A DNA stretch of 64,000 nt from a virus. Lineage: Duplodnaviria > Caudoviricetes. The notes under the pieces are model-generated. The model saw nothing but the letters and a program-made list of their open reading frames with translations, had not been told where the DNA came from and searched no databases. The stretch covers positions 48,507 to 112,506 of IMG/VR virus record IMGVR_UViG_3300031994_000039, one strand, 5' to 3'. The translations under genes and the position numbers were made by a program. Positions 1 through 8,660 of this stretch are shown here, piece by piece (the first letter of the stretch is position 1; each line of letters opens with the position of its first letter).

Positions 1-63
1 TGATACCATCTTTTAACCATCTGTCTTTCTTAGAACCTTTCATATTAAATACCCTTTCGTAGA

Positions 64-135
64 TTGGAGCACCGGGATTTGAACCCGGGAATGACGGAGT
101 CAAAGTCCGTTGCCTTACCGCTTGGCTATGCCCCA
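64..135 (-). tRNA. tRNA-Gln(UUG)
   Basis: Minus strand TGGGGCA-TA-GCCAAGCGGTAAGGC-A-ACGGA-CT TTG AC-TCCGT...CCGGG TTCAAAT CCCGG-TGCTCCA-A; canonical cloverleaf with U33; CCA not encoded. Confidence 0.93.
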
Positions 136-236
136 GGGCAGCTGCAGGAGTTGAACCCGCACCCTCGTCGATTACTTACTGACTGTTTTATCATGAATTA
201 ACAGTCTGCTTTCACCAACGAGAACCGTTCACTGCC
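136..236 (-). ncRNA. tRNA-like RNA lacking a D-arm, with a long extended central arm
   Basis: Acceptor-like GGCAGT/GCTGCC, T-arm GCGGG-TTCAACT-CCTGC, stem CTCGTTGGT/ATCGACGAG enclosing GACTGTT/AACAGTC. Confidence 0.5.
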
Positions 237-374
237 GTTTGTTCCAACTTTGTTTTCCGTGAGAAGACTTTTCATCCTCTCTTTGAACTCTACTAAATTA
301 AGGATTTCCTTCCTGTCTGATTCATCAATCTTGCTAAGTCTTTCAGAATCAAAATACCCACCAGAAGTTTTCAT
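198..374 (-). CDS. hypothetical 58-aa protein (MKTSGGYFDSER...)
   Basis: RBS GAGGTG upstream of ATG at 374; 3' end overlaps the tRNA-like element. Confidence 0.4.
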   Translation of the reverse strand: MKTSGGYFDSERLSKIDESDRKEILNLVEFKERMKSLLTENKVGTNGSERFSLVKADC

Positions 375-390
375 AATATCACCTCGAAAG

Positions 391-464
391 TACCTCTACC
401 GGAATCGAACCGGCGCCTCTTTCCATTACTGGAAAGCGTGTTACCATTCTATCACTAAGCGGCA
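391..464 (-). tRNA. atypical/pseudo tRNA (nominal anticodon GUA, A33; arm can refold as a 7-bp stem with GUAA tetraloop)
   Basis: T-arm GCCGG-TTCGATT-CCGGT, D-loop with GG, acceptor with one mismatch; no long variable arm as expected for bacterial Tyr. Confidence 0.6.
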
Positions 465-470
465 CAATAA

Positions 471-542
471 CAAGAGCCCCAGGAATCGAACCCAGTCTAT
501 CTGTCTTGACAACAGATGTGCTATCCTTTACACTATGCTCTT
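471..542 (-). tRNA. atypical tRNA, nominal anticodon UCA (G33)
   Basis: AAGAGCA-TA-GTGT AAAGGATA GCAC-A-TCTGT TGTCAAG ACAGA-TAGA-CTGGG TTCGATT CCTGG-GGCTCTT-G. Confidence 0.65.
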
Positions 543-724
543 GAAGCATATACTATGTGTGGTCAACAACATGGTAGTGAAAACCCGGCATTAAAGGGGA
601 TGCCGGGGAAACTTTAAATGGAGGTTTGAAAGTATGCACAACACCGAAATTTAATATGCTTTTGAAAAGGAGAGTAACTTATGAATAAAAATACCACCAC
701 ACATAGCCTTATATTAGATAATGA

Positions 725-796
725 TTGCGGGAGCCGGACTCGAACCGACGACTTCCAGAATATGGGTCTGGCGATCTACCTCTGCTCTATCCCGCC
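725..796 (-). tRNA. tRNA-Met(CAU), initiator-like body but atypical
   Basis: GGCGGGA...TCCCGCA-A acceptor with 1:72 mismatch; anticodon arm CCAGA-CC CAT AT-TCTGG (C33, no GGG/CCC pairs); T-arm GTCGG TTCGAGT CCGGC. Confidence 0.8.
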
Positions 797-866
797 ATAC
801 ATAAGCCGCCGACCACTTCCAAAACCGGCGACTTAGAAACCCTTTGTACACATGGCACACGGGCGA

Positions 867-924
867 TTCCGGACCGGGGCCTCGAACCCCGATGACCTCC
901 CGGCTTACCATTGCCTGCCCGGAA
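867..924 (-). ncRNA. 58-nt mini-tRNA with no anticodon arm
   Basis: TTCCGGGC/GTCCGGAA acceptor, D-arm GGC-AATGGTAA-GCC, 10-nt linker, T-arm CGGGG-TTCGAGG-CCCCG. Confidence 0.6.
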
Positions 925-1251
925 CTCAGTCACGTTTTATTTTTATGTCGAGTCAGAACTGAGACACTCGACAATTACGAATCGTTTATTGGCACACTGT
1001 ATATTTAGATATACATTAATAGAAATACTGTCAAGTTGTTTATAATTCCCACAGTTATGTGGATCAAACAGTATAATTTTTTCAAACACTGACTGAAGAA
1101 CTTTTAAATATTTTTGTTTTGCGATCAAACAGAAATTTTAAAACAAAATTCGGTGATCAAGTTTTCGCGTTACTTTCGCTGACAGCAAAAGCATGTTATA
1201 GTCAACATCATTTCTTCTATCAATCAGTCCCGCGTCTACTGCTGAACGATA

Positions 1252-1452
1252 TTACAGACCATTCTTGTCATATAACGGATGGGCTTCCACTAAGAAACTG
1301 TCGCTCTGCCCATTCGCTGCTTCCCTTACTGCATTATCACTCATAGGAAGCCCTGTGATTTCTGCTATCATCTTCTGTACTGCCTGTTTTGAACTACAGA
1401 AGTACGACTGTCCGTTTCCTGTGTCTATTAGCTGGAAAATTTCTTTATTCAT
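1252..1452 (-). CDS. hypothetical protein
   Basis: 66-aa ORF with AGGAG/AAGGT RBS, co-directional with the cluster. Confidence 0.6.
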   Translation of the reverse strand: MNKEIFQLIDTGNGQSYFCSSKQAVQKMIAEITGLPMSDNAVREAANGQSDSFLVEAHPLYDKNGL

Positions 1453-1644
1453 GCTTACCTTACTCCTTTGAATTATTGTTTTAACCAGACTTTTAAAGTT
1501 TCCCTAACCTTCAGAAACTTTAAAACATTATTAACAAATACCTCTGCTTATCTTCCGGTAACACCAAAAGAATATCCTGCCGGATATGTCTTAATGCTGC
1601 GGCAAAACATATCTTACATGATATCATCTCTCTGGTCGCTTACG

Positions 1645-1839
1645 TTATTTACAAGGGCTAACGATAAACCCTATAAATGCATCCTGTTCTGCGTCAACTA
1701 CACGCAGAACATTTCCGCCTTTCTTCATTCTCGACGCAGCCTTAACTGCATCAAGAAATGAAAGATAGATCTCGGTTGTCTTACTTATCCTGTCTACATC
1801 CTGACTGGATAAGAGTTTTGTATCACATGCCAGAAACAT
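1645..1839 (-). CDS. hypothetical protein
   Basis: 64-aa ORF translationally coupled (TAATG) to the upstream gene. Confidence 0.6.
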   Translation of the reverse strand: MFLACDTKLLSSQDVDRISKTTEIYLSFLDAVKAASRMKKGGNVLRVVDAEQDAFIGFIVSPCK

Positions 1840-2291
1840 TACCTTAACAGCTTCCCTTTCTTATACATTGCGTTTAGTGCTGACCGCCACTTATCATTTA
1901 TTTCCGGATCAATTATGATTCTTGGAATATGATAGATGTCACACACAGCCATCTCAACACGACAGCCTTTTGCGTCATCATAATCCTCGCTAAACAGCGC
2001 CTCGTCGCACGTAGACAGCAGTTTAATCGCCTCGCCTAAGCAGTACACCCTTCCTTTGAAACATGCCCTCACGCCCGCTGTAGGGGCTGTATTAGGCTTC
2101 GTTTCAACAGTGATCCTGCCGTCAACGAACTCAACTTCATCTTCTTTTATCTTCCGGAATCTTGGTTCGCCATCCTGAGGAACTTCCATGATATATCTGT
2201 TGCTACAAAACCAGGATTTCATACGCTCAATTTCACGCTCTATACGCTCGTCAGAGCGTCCATCGAACGGGAGTGATAAGAATACCCTCAT
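1839..2291 (-). CDS. DUF4406 / nucleoside 2-deoxyribosyltransferase-like protein
   Basis: N-terminal VFLSLPFDG and C-terminal LLSTCDEALF..DYDDAKGCRVE pattern typical of the family. Confidence 0.7.
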   Translation of the reverse strand: MRVFLSLPFDGRSDERIEREIERMKSWFCSNRYIMEVPQDGEPRFRKIKEDEVEFVDGRITVETKPNTAPTAGVRACFKGRVYCLGEAIKLLSTCDEALFSEDYDDAKGCRVEMAVCDIYHIPRIIIDPEINDKWRSALNAMYKKGKLLR

Positions 2292-2527
2292 TCCTCTGCA
2301 CCCTCTACAAACGCGCCCTGAACGGGATATACGAGCTCATCCTTCTCGAATGTCCAGAGATAACCTACATCAAGAGCAGCGCAGTTGCATCTATACCCTG
2401 CCTCCTGAAGCTTCTCATCTCTTTCTCCGAGGTAGATATACATCGTTTTGTCCTCAAGATTTACCTTAAAAACCTCACCCTGTTCAAGCTTTCCCAAAGG
2501 TACTGGCTTTTTATGAATTATCTTCAT
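2288..2527 (-). CDS. hypothetical protein
   Basis: 79-aa ORF, overlapping start/stop coupling with neighbours. Confidence 0.65.
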   Translation of the reverse strand: MKIIHKKPVPLGKLEQGEVFKVNLEDKTMYIYLGERDEKLQEAGYRCNCAALDVGYLWTFEKDELVYPVQGAFVEGAEE

Positions 2528-2954
2528 TTAAATCCTCCTTAAGTCTGTTGCAATCATTGCAGGCGTATTTTCGAGTATATTTTTCGCTAATATATTCAAG
2601 GCCCTCTCTAAGTCCTAAATTGCTTTTGTCTGTGCTTTCTGCATTTCCTCCGCACTTACGCAACTCATTAAAACCATCCTCTCCGTATATGATGAAACCT
2701 GATTTCTTAATTGTGTTGTTGAACTGTGCTCTCAGCTGATGCATATCATTGTTGCACATCATCTTTCTGAGAGCTCTTAGAAAGCCTTGTGCCTGGAATC
2801 TGTACTTCTGCTCGATCTTTTCAGCAACTTCCTTGCCCTCTCCAGCATCAATACTTGTCTTAACTTCTTTTAACCATGTGTATAAAAGTTTGTTATATTC
2901 TCTGAGCACGAGGTTAATATCAACCAGTTTTCCAGTCTTCTTAAGATCACCCAT
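2511..2954 (-). CDS. hypothetical protein
   Basis: Likely start MGDLKK at 2954 behind AGGAG RBS. Confidence 0.6.
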   Translation of the reverse strand: MGDLKKTGKLVDINLVLREYNKLLYTWLKEVKTSIDAGEGKEVAEKIEQKYRFQAQGFLRALRKMMCNNDMHQLRAQFNNTIKKSGFIIYGEDGFNELRKCGGNAESTDKSNLGLREGLEYISEKYTRKYACNDCNRLKEDLNEDNS

Positions 2955-3228
2955 GATAATTTCTCTCCTTCCTGAATGCAGCGTAGTCATTTTCCCATTG
3001 CTGCCGGATCATTTTCTTTCGCTTCGCTGTATCTCTTTCCATCTTTTCTCTCTGTTCTTTTCTGTTGTCAAGTATTACCCACACGCAAACAATTACGAAC
3101 ATGGATATATAAATTGTTTTAAAAATAATAGAGCAAACTATATTTAAACTAGGTGTGGTTGCATCTGTTATCATAAACGCTGTTGATAAGATAATTCCAA
3201 ATATCCCAGAATAACCTTTCATTTTCAC
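2947..3228 (-). CDS. small membrane protein (2 predicted TM helices)
   Basis: Two hydrophobic stretches followed by a basic tail. Confidence 0.6.
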   Translation of the reverse strand: MKMKGYSGIFGIILSTAFMITDATTPSLNIVCSIIFKTIYISMFVIVCVWVILDNRKEQREKMERDTAKRKKMIRQQWENDYAAFRKERNYHG

Positions 3229-3749
3229 ATTACCTCTTGTTTTGTTTTTACTTCATAATTTTTGCATTTTCTCTTTAACTTAAATGGTTCTTCATCACGT
3301 CTAAGAACAAAGCGTCTGTCGCTAAATCGTTTTGCGCGTTCCTGCCCTTTAAGGAATATACACTCGTGATGCATACCAATCTCTGTCCTATCAGTCTTAT
3401 AATATTTACAGGTGAGACATTTGTATTGCTTGCAGAGTTCCTTATATTCAGCGTCGCACTCATCTTTAAAGCTACGCTCTACCATTTCCTTAGTCCATTC
3501 CGGAAGTATAAGCCATCTCCAGACTGGTAAGCCGTTGTAGATATCCTGAGTAAACCGTTCATAAACATCCTCTTTCGTCAGACACTCAAAGTAGTCAGTC
3601 GCAAACCTAAATGATTCAAGATATGCCGAAATTTCCTCGTAGTTAATTTCATACTGACCGCCGATCTCTGTGTCTGCAAAAATCCTAAGGATATCAACAA
3701 TAGCAGAGCAAGCCATTGCCTGTTTTGGGTTCATCATATTCCTCCTCAA
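3225..3749 (-). CDS. hypothetical Cys-rich protein directly downstream of RT
   Basis: 174 aa, CxxC (CLTC) plus further Cys/His; candidate RT partner by position only. Confidence 0.65.
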   Translation of the reverse strand: MRRNMMNPKQAMACSAIVDILRIFADTEIGGQYEINYEEISAYLESFRFATDYFECLTKEDVYERFTQDIYNGLPVWRWLILPEWTKEMVERSFKDECDAEYKELCKQYKCLTCKYYKTDRTEIGMHHECIFLKGQERAKRFSDRRFVLRRDEEPFKLKRKCKNYEVKTKQEVM

Positions 3750-3767
3750 GCCATGAATGGTATCACC

Positions 3768-4934
3768 TTATAAAGTTTTCAAGTCATTCTTAATTGACTC
3801 AGCTATATTCAAGCCGACCTTCTGACTCATCTTGTCAACTATTTTCTGAATGGCTTCCTTTTCGACCATCGAGAAGTAATTACGATACCCTTCGAGCACT
3901 TGAATGTCATTCAACGACCAGTCCTTTCCGTTCTTTTTGTCCATGCCGTATGAATACAACATTGCGGTGAACTTTTTCTTGTTCTTATATCCGACTGTAA
4001 TCTGATTGTCCTTATTAAGCATTACGCCAAGATTCCAGTTTGAACCTGCAGAAGAACCATACCTTGTCTTCTTTCTATTAAGCTCGAACGGAGCTCCGAA
4101 TTCCTGAAGAACCTTTACTATTTCGTCCTCAATCATCTTGTAACTGAAGTCTATCTTACATGATATGATGAAGTCATCCGCATATCTTGTATACACAAAC
4201 TTCCTGTTATCATAATCCCTGAACATATTAAACAGCTTGTAGTCAATTGGGATCATCATGATGTTTGTTATTAGTGGGCTGATCGGAGTTCCTTGAGGAA
4301 GCCCGCCGTTTAAGAACGCAAGGCTGATTGCCTGCTCGAAATATTTCTTTCCTTCCGGAACCGCAAGAACTCTGGAAAACGGAAAAATCATACTGAACAT
4401 CTTTGTCACGAATTCCGGAGTTGTGCTTCCAAAGAAGTTATGAAGGTCGAACTTTGCAAACCACTTACTTTCATTACCCTGATGTCTCTTTACTGCATCC
4501 AGTGTGCTTCTGCCTTTTATATATGCAAATGCTGATGTATGATACATCGCACCAAATCCATCCTCGAAGATGAACTTAAGTTCCCGAAGCGCCTCCATAA
4601 GTCTCGGCTTAGGTGCATCGATTCTACGAAGGCCGCCGGATCTCTTCGGAATGTGGAATGATCTATAAAGTTCCGCTCTATCCACTTCAAAGAGATCCTT
4701 GTACTTCTCGTTAAAGCACCACAATTCATTAATGAGTGACTGAATATTCAAACTGCCGAATATCTTTTCAGCATTTCTGGATAAGTATGTTCGTGTGTTT
4801 GTATTCCTGCCGTCCTTGCGTGTATAGTTTTTATATCTTTCGTTCCATTCATTATCTGGTAACGAAAAGAAATCGTCCAGAGATAGCTGAACTGTTTTCT
4901 TATTAAGAACAACTACTACATACTCATTGTACAT
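3768..4934 (-). CDS. retron-type reverse transcriptase (388 aa)
   Basis: Start MYNEY at 4934 behind AGGAGG; motifs IPKRSGGLRRIDAP, AFAY, DAVKRH (NAxxH-like retron region X), FDLHNFFGS, GLPQGTPISP, YTRYADD, WNLGV (region Y, VTG-like); no fused maturase or nuclease domain. Confidence 0.92.
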   Translation of the reverse strand: MYNEYVVVVLNKKTVQLSLDDFFSLPDNEWNERYKNYTRKDGRNTNTRTYLSRNAEKIFGSLNIQSLINELWCFNEKYKDLFEVDRAELYRSFHIPKRSGGLRRIDAPKPRLMEALRELKFIFEDGFGAMYHTSAFAYIKGRSTLDAVKRHQGNESKWFAKFDLHNFFGSTTPEFVTKMFSMIFPFSRVLAVPEGKKYFEQAISLAFLNGGLPQGTPISPLITNIMMIPIDYKLFNMFRDYDNRKFVYTRYADDFIISCKIDFSYKMIEDEIVKVLQEFGAPFELNRKKTRYGSSAGSNWNLGVMLNKDNQITVGYKNKKKFTAMLYSYGMDKKNGKDWSLNDIQVLEGYRNYFSMVEKEAIQKIVDKMSQKVGLNIAESIKNDLKTL

Positions 4935-4953
4935 AGAGTTTCCTCCTTTCAAA

Positions 4954-5145
4954 TTAATTGTCAACCTCCACGACAATCTTATTATTGTCCAGAGAGAAGA
5001 AGACCACGGCGTGATCGAGGAAATCCTCAACCCGCTGTGGACTTTCGTTCTTTGTGCTTTCAATTATAACTTCCTGACTGCCTGCAGAAACCAGTGTGAA
5101 GTCTATGCTCAGTGCAGCCTTACTGTAAAAATCCCCAAATTTCAT
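4954..5145 (-). CDS. hypothetical 63-aa protein immediately upstream of RT
   Basis: ORF with GAGG RBS, co-directional. Confidence 0.6.
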   Translation of the reverse strand: MKFGDFYSKAALSIDFTLVSAGSQEVIIESTKNESPQRVEDFLDHAVVFFSLDNNKIVVEVDN

Positions 5146-5166
5146 TTTTCCTAGTCCTCTTTATTT

Positions 5167-6078
5167 TTAGCAATTAACCGTCGTAAATTCTTTCGTGTCT
5201 TTATTGAAGAAGAATATCTCTCCAGAAAGAGTATCCGCTGGTCCGAATATTCTATTTGTTTCCGTTACATTACGCTTAATGCTCGTCGGATCGATGCTTC
5301 CAACCTTGTGAACCATAGCCTCGTGTATACTTGTGAACGCTACGTAGAAGCTATCGCCGTACATTTCTGCAAGCTTTTCCTTAACTCCCGGACAGAACAT
5401 TGCGATCGCTCCGTTTGTTTTCCTGCTGGTTGTGACGAGCGTGACTCTGTTGTTACTAAGTCTTTCCTTGCTTTCGAGAACTTTCTTTCCGCTTCCGTCA
5501 GTTATGTTAAACATGTCTGTGTAGAACATTGGAACCTGATTCTTTACTGTGTTCTCCATTGCAGCCGCGAAGATATCCAAATCCTTCATACCTGTCTGCT
5601 TCTTATATCCTTCGACACATCTCATCGGAACCTTTATTGTGTTCAAGATTCCGTCGCAGTCACTCATAATAAGGTAAAGAACCAGCGCAATATCACCCTT
5701 CTTGCAGTACATGCAAGGTTCTTTTGCATTCTTCTGGATAAATTCCGCACTATAATTCACAGGTCTGATGATTAATTCGTCCTTAATCTTAGTGTAGTCT
5801 TCTATTCTGTCGATCTTATTCATGAATCCACCAGCCCTTTTTCTGATGCTTGTCAAAGCCTCGCCAGTTGCCCTAAGGACAATGTCCCATCCTCTTTCGT
5901 TTACTGACTTCTGTGTATCTGCCAGTCTTACTGCCATTGATACCTCATCGCCGTTCAGTTTTATTCTTGCAACCTCTACATCATTTACACATTCAACGAG
6001 GAATTCCTCATTTGCCTGGATAAGATTGTATTCTTCCATTTTTTCTTTTAATACCTTTGCAAATTCTTTGTTAGTCAT
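5167..6078 (-). CDS. DUF5688-like protein
   Basis: Start MTNKEF behind GGAGG; motifs LIIRPVN, GDIALV, VTTSRKTNGAIAMF, FTSIHEAMV, LSGEIFFF resemble this Firmicutes family. Confidence 0.65.
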   Translation of the reverse strand: MTNKEFAKVLKEKMEEYNLIQANEEFLVECVNDVEVARIKLNGDEVSMAVRLADTQKSVNERGWDIVLRATGEALTSIRKRAGGFMNKIDRIEDYTKIKDELIIRPVNYSAEFIQKNAKEPCMYCKKGDIALVLYLIMSDCDGILNTIKVPMRCVEGYKKQTGMKDLDIFAAAMENTVKNQVPMFYTDMFNITDGSGKKVLESKERLSNNRVTLVTTSRKTNGAIAMFCPGVKEKLAEMYGDSFYVAFTSIHEAMVHKVGSIDPTSIKRNVTETNRIFGPADTLSGEIFFFNKDTKEFTTVNC

Positions 6079-6118
6079 AATCAAAACCTCCAAGTTTAAT
6101 TATCTTACTACCATTGTT

Positions 6119-6398
6119 CGTGTAACCTGATTACCTTTCAGGATCTCAGGGCAGCGGGCGCTGGTGCCACCGGCGCGCGTCAAAGCGATCTTTTATTTGT
6201 TCCTTTGCGGAACAAAAGAACGAAGGTCCACGTATTTGCGTGCTTCCTGAGATCTGTTTCTCTAATCAGGGCGGCTCCAGATCCGGAGATGGCGACTTGA
6301 GTTGTCGCCTCTCCTCCTCCTTCGCCTTATCATGTCGAGCCTTTTAATTACATCAAAAGGTTATTTCATATTGGATATAAAATAATATGCGTTACACA
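6119..6398 (-). ncRNA. retron-like msr-msd ncRNA, copy 1
   Basis: Ends UGUGUAAC(G)...GUUACACG (a1/a2); candidate branch G at 6390; msr stem-loops; msd (+ strand 6126-6270) stems CCTGATTA/TAATCAGG and GATCTCAGG/CCTGAGATC enclosing 3 hairpins. Confidence 0.8.
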
Positions 6399-6436
6399 TT
6401 TTCATGTATTAATAAAAGATAGCGTGATACATAAAT

Positions 6437-6511
6437 TACATAAACAATACCGCCGCAAAAATCCCGCAAACCACGTAGCTATCAGGTTTGCGGGGGATAG
6501 TTTTTTCCAAC
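6437..6511 (-). promoter_or_regulatory. candidate phage-RNAP promoter element (copy A) upstream of ncRNA 1
   Basis: Ungapped match to 25003-25077: GTTGGAAAwAACTA, central hairpin with TAnnTRCGTG, TTTATGTA at identical offsets. Confidence 0.5.
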
Positions 6512-6551
6512 TTTCTTGCGGAGTTATGTTTTATTACGTTTTGTCGCTCGC

Positions 6552-7214
6552 TTAAAAAGCGTCGATTTCAAAGCTCTTCAGATCAACTAAAACCATCTTC
6601 TTAATTCCTTCGCCCTTTACGAAGTGTATGAAGTTGGTTACTGCGATTGACGATACCACTCTAACAACAGGGCACACGCCCAGTGTAATGCCGCAAGCTG
6701 ATGTGGGAGTTTCTGCCTTCGCTTCTTCATGGCTGAACTGCATTGTAGCCAGAAGATTTTCCCTCATGCTTTTATCTGACCAGTCAGCAGCGTAATGCTG
6801 TGCGTGCTCTAACAAAGTTCTTATGTCGAACACTGCTTTAACCATCGGATTAAGCATATGTTTTTCACAGATTTCTCTGCGGATCTCGATACTGTCTACG
6901 CAAAGGAAGACATATCCTGCAAGAGTTTCACCGTTCCAACCCTTCTTTGTTTTGATCTCGATGTCCGGATTGATGTTCTGGAGAATACCCTTGAGAGCTT
7001 CTGTCTTTTCCTTGCCGACATCTTCTTTCGTGAACATCTGGTTCACGATATTATGTTCCTCTACCTTATCAAAATCCCAGAGAACCATTGACTTTACGCC
7101 ACAGCGGGCGAGGTTTTCTGCGATTGTTGAACCGACAGATCCACATCCGATGATGTGGATGTTGCCGTTTACATTGCTTGGGTTGAAGTATTCGAGTGAT
7201 TTTGATAAATTCAT
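6552..7214 (-). CDS. ThiF/E1-like ubiquitin-like activating enzyme
   Basis: IIGCGSVGS nucleotide-binding loop, DFDKVEEHNIVNQ, CVDS, DIR, candidate catalytic Cys in TSACG; start MNLSK at 7214. Confidence 0.88.
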   Translation of the reverse strand: MNLSKSLEYFNPSNVNGNIHIIGCGSVGSTIAENLARCGVKSMVLWDFDKVEEHNIVNQMFTKEDVGKEKTEALKGILQNINPDIEIKTKKGWNGETLAGYVFLCVDSIEIRREICEKHMLNPMVKAVFDIRTLLEHAQHYAADWSDKSMRENLLATMQFSHEEAKAETPTSACGITLGVCPVVRVVSSIAVTNFIHFVKGEGIKKMVLVDLKSFEIDAF

Positions 7215-7215
7215 A

Positions 7216-7827
7216 TTAACACGCCTCCACAAATAATTCTTCAAGGTTCACCTTTTCTTCTTCAGGTTCTTCTTTGATCTGGACTTCCGTTGTACAGTAC
7301 TCTTCAAATGCCTTCATGAGTTCTTCGGCAAATTCACTTTCCTGTTCTTCTGTAAGAGCTGGTGTCTCAGGTTCAGGTTCCTCTTCCGGAATCTCATAAT
7401 TGTCAACAATTTCATGGATGATGTCCATTATATCTGTTGCTGCTTCCCCTTCTGCGGCAGGTTCTTCTTCCTCCTCAGGGTCATCCTCTTCTTCGGGTTC
7501 ATCTTCCCATTCCTGGTTGTTGTCCATATATGATTTGAGATCGTCTTTATAATCATTGAACTGCCCGTCGTTGTCGTCTGTTCCTCTCCACGTTCCGTCG
7601 TAGTCGTCGTGTATATATCTGTCATACCTGTCACTTGGTATATCATCAACCAAGCTTCTTAAATCTGACAGAGAGTCGCAGTACTTTGCGTCATCGAGAA
7701 TTCTGCTTTCAAATTCGCCGTGCGTATATAAACCGCCTGTGAAAACATCATTAAAATAATCATAATCCCTTGCGCATTGTTCCAGTTCATCATAGGTGGT
7801 GATATCTTCAAACTCTGTTCGTGTCAT
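7216..7827 (-). CDS. highly acidic protein
   Basis: 203 aa, very D/E-rich (DEPEEEDDPEEEEEP), inside the E1/JAB cluster. Confidence 0.75.
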   Translation of the reverse strand: MTRTEFEDITTYDELEQCARDYDYFNDVFTGGLYTHGEFESRILDDAKYCDSLSDLRSLVDDIPSDRYDRYIHDDYDGTWRGTDDNDGQFNDYKDDLKSYMDNNQEWEDEPEEEDDPEEEEEPAAEGEAATDIMDIIHEIVDNYEIPEEEPEPETPALTEEQESEFAEELMKAFEEYCTTEVQIKEEPEEEKVNLEELFVEAC

Positions 7828-7846
7828 ATTTCAGACCCTCCTTACC

Positions 7847-8656
7847 TTACCATCCGCAACCAAATCTTTCGCTCAGCCACGCTTCGTATTCCTCATCTGT
7901 CATGCCAGCGTAGTAGTCACTATATTTTGATTTCTTACCGCCTTTGCCTTTGCCGATAGTCTTTGTGTCGGCTAAGGTACCCTTCAGATTGTAAATCTGT
8001 GTACCTGTGTATCTTGGGAAGTATTCATCAACCACGAGTTCCTTCGCTTTTTCTGCGAACTCCAGGATTTCCTCTTCGACATCGACGAATACCGTAACAT
8101 CATTGTCTTCATAGACTGTGTTACTCTGTTTATCGTAAATGTTTACGTATACGTCTCCTTTTTTATTTGTAACCAAGAAGATATAGAAGTCGTCGTCTCT
8201 GAGCTGATCAACGATTCCTCCGTAATAGGTTTCGTCTACGCTTGAAGGAGTTACGCCCATGTTTACATGGCTGTGCCCCTGCATTCTTAAGTTCTGAAAA
8301 ACCTCGTCTGGCTGTTCGTAGAGCCACATCTGATACTTTTCCTGATCCGTAGTGACAGTTGAACCTGTTACCTTCTGCGGGTAAACTACTATGTCGTCGA
8401 TGACATAATCGCCGTCCTTTACCTTTCTGGCGATGCCGTGCCATGCAACCTCTTTATCAAACTTATCAACCAGTGCTCTCATTTTCTTATCGGCAAGCTG
8501 ACTGATTTCCAGTGAAGCTTTTTTGCCGGTATTCAGTGTGAGTTTCTTGCTGTAGTTGACTGTGTTATTCTTGAAGACTCCGGCTGCGAGAAATTTTAAA
8601 AATTCCTCACGGATCTTTTCAATTTCTGTCTGATCTATATTAAATGCACGACTCAT
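7847..8656 (-). CDS. JAB/JAMM (MPN+) metallopeptidase, deubiquitinase-like
   Basis: Full JAMM motif: E in DKEVAWHG and H-S-H-x7-S-x2-D (HSHVNMGVTPSSVD); start MSRAF at 8656. Confidence 0.88.
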   Translation of the reverse strand: MSRAFNIDQTEIEKIREEFLKFLAAGVFKNNTVNYSKKLTLNTGKKASLEISQLADKKMRALVDKFDKEVAWHGIARKVKDGDYVIDDIVVYPQKVTGSTVTTDQEKYQMWLYEQPDEVFQNLRMQGHSHVNMGVTPSSVDETYYGGIVDQLRDDDFYIFLVTNKKGDVYVNIYDKQSNTVYEDNDVTVFVDVEEEILEFAEKAKELVVDEYFPRYTGTQIYNLKGTLADTKTIGKGKGGKKSKYSDYYAGMTDEEYEAWLSERFGCGW

Positions 8657-8660
8657 ATGA

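Noticed and set aside
471-542. Selenocysteine tRNA or genome-wide UGA recoding
   Set aside because: No long variable arm or extended acceptor stem; many genes end at TGA with normal coupling
1005-1034. sigmaA promoter for the tRNA cluster
   Set aside because: TTGACA is present but the -10 at 17 bp (TATCTA) is poor; plausible but not supportable
3768-4934. DGR or group II intron RT
   Set aside because: Motifs are retron-like (DAVKRH, PQG, YADD, NLG); no maturase/endonuclease domain, no avd-like gene, and no TR/VR pair with A-specific mismatches seen by eye
4935-5063. 43-aa N-terminal extension of RT in the ORF track
   Set aside because: Overlaps the 63-aa upstream gene; a strong AGGAGG precedes ATG 4934
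6552-7214. ThiF/MoeB of thiamine or molybdopterin synthesis
   Set aside because: No pathway genes nearby, the Ubls lack GG, and JAB and E2-like neighbours point to conjugation
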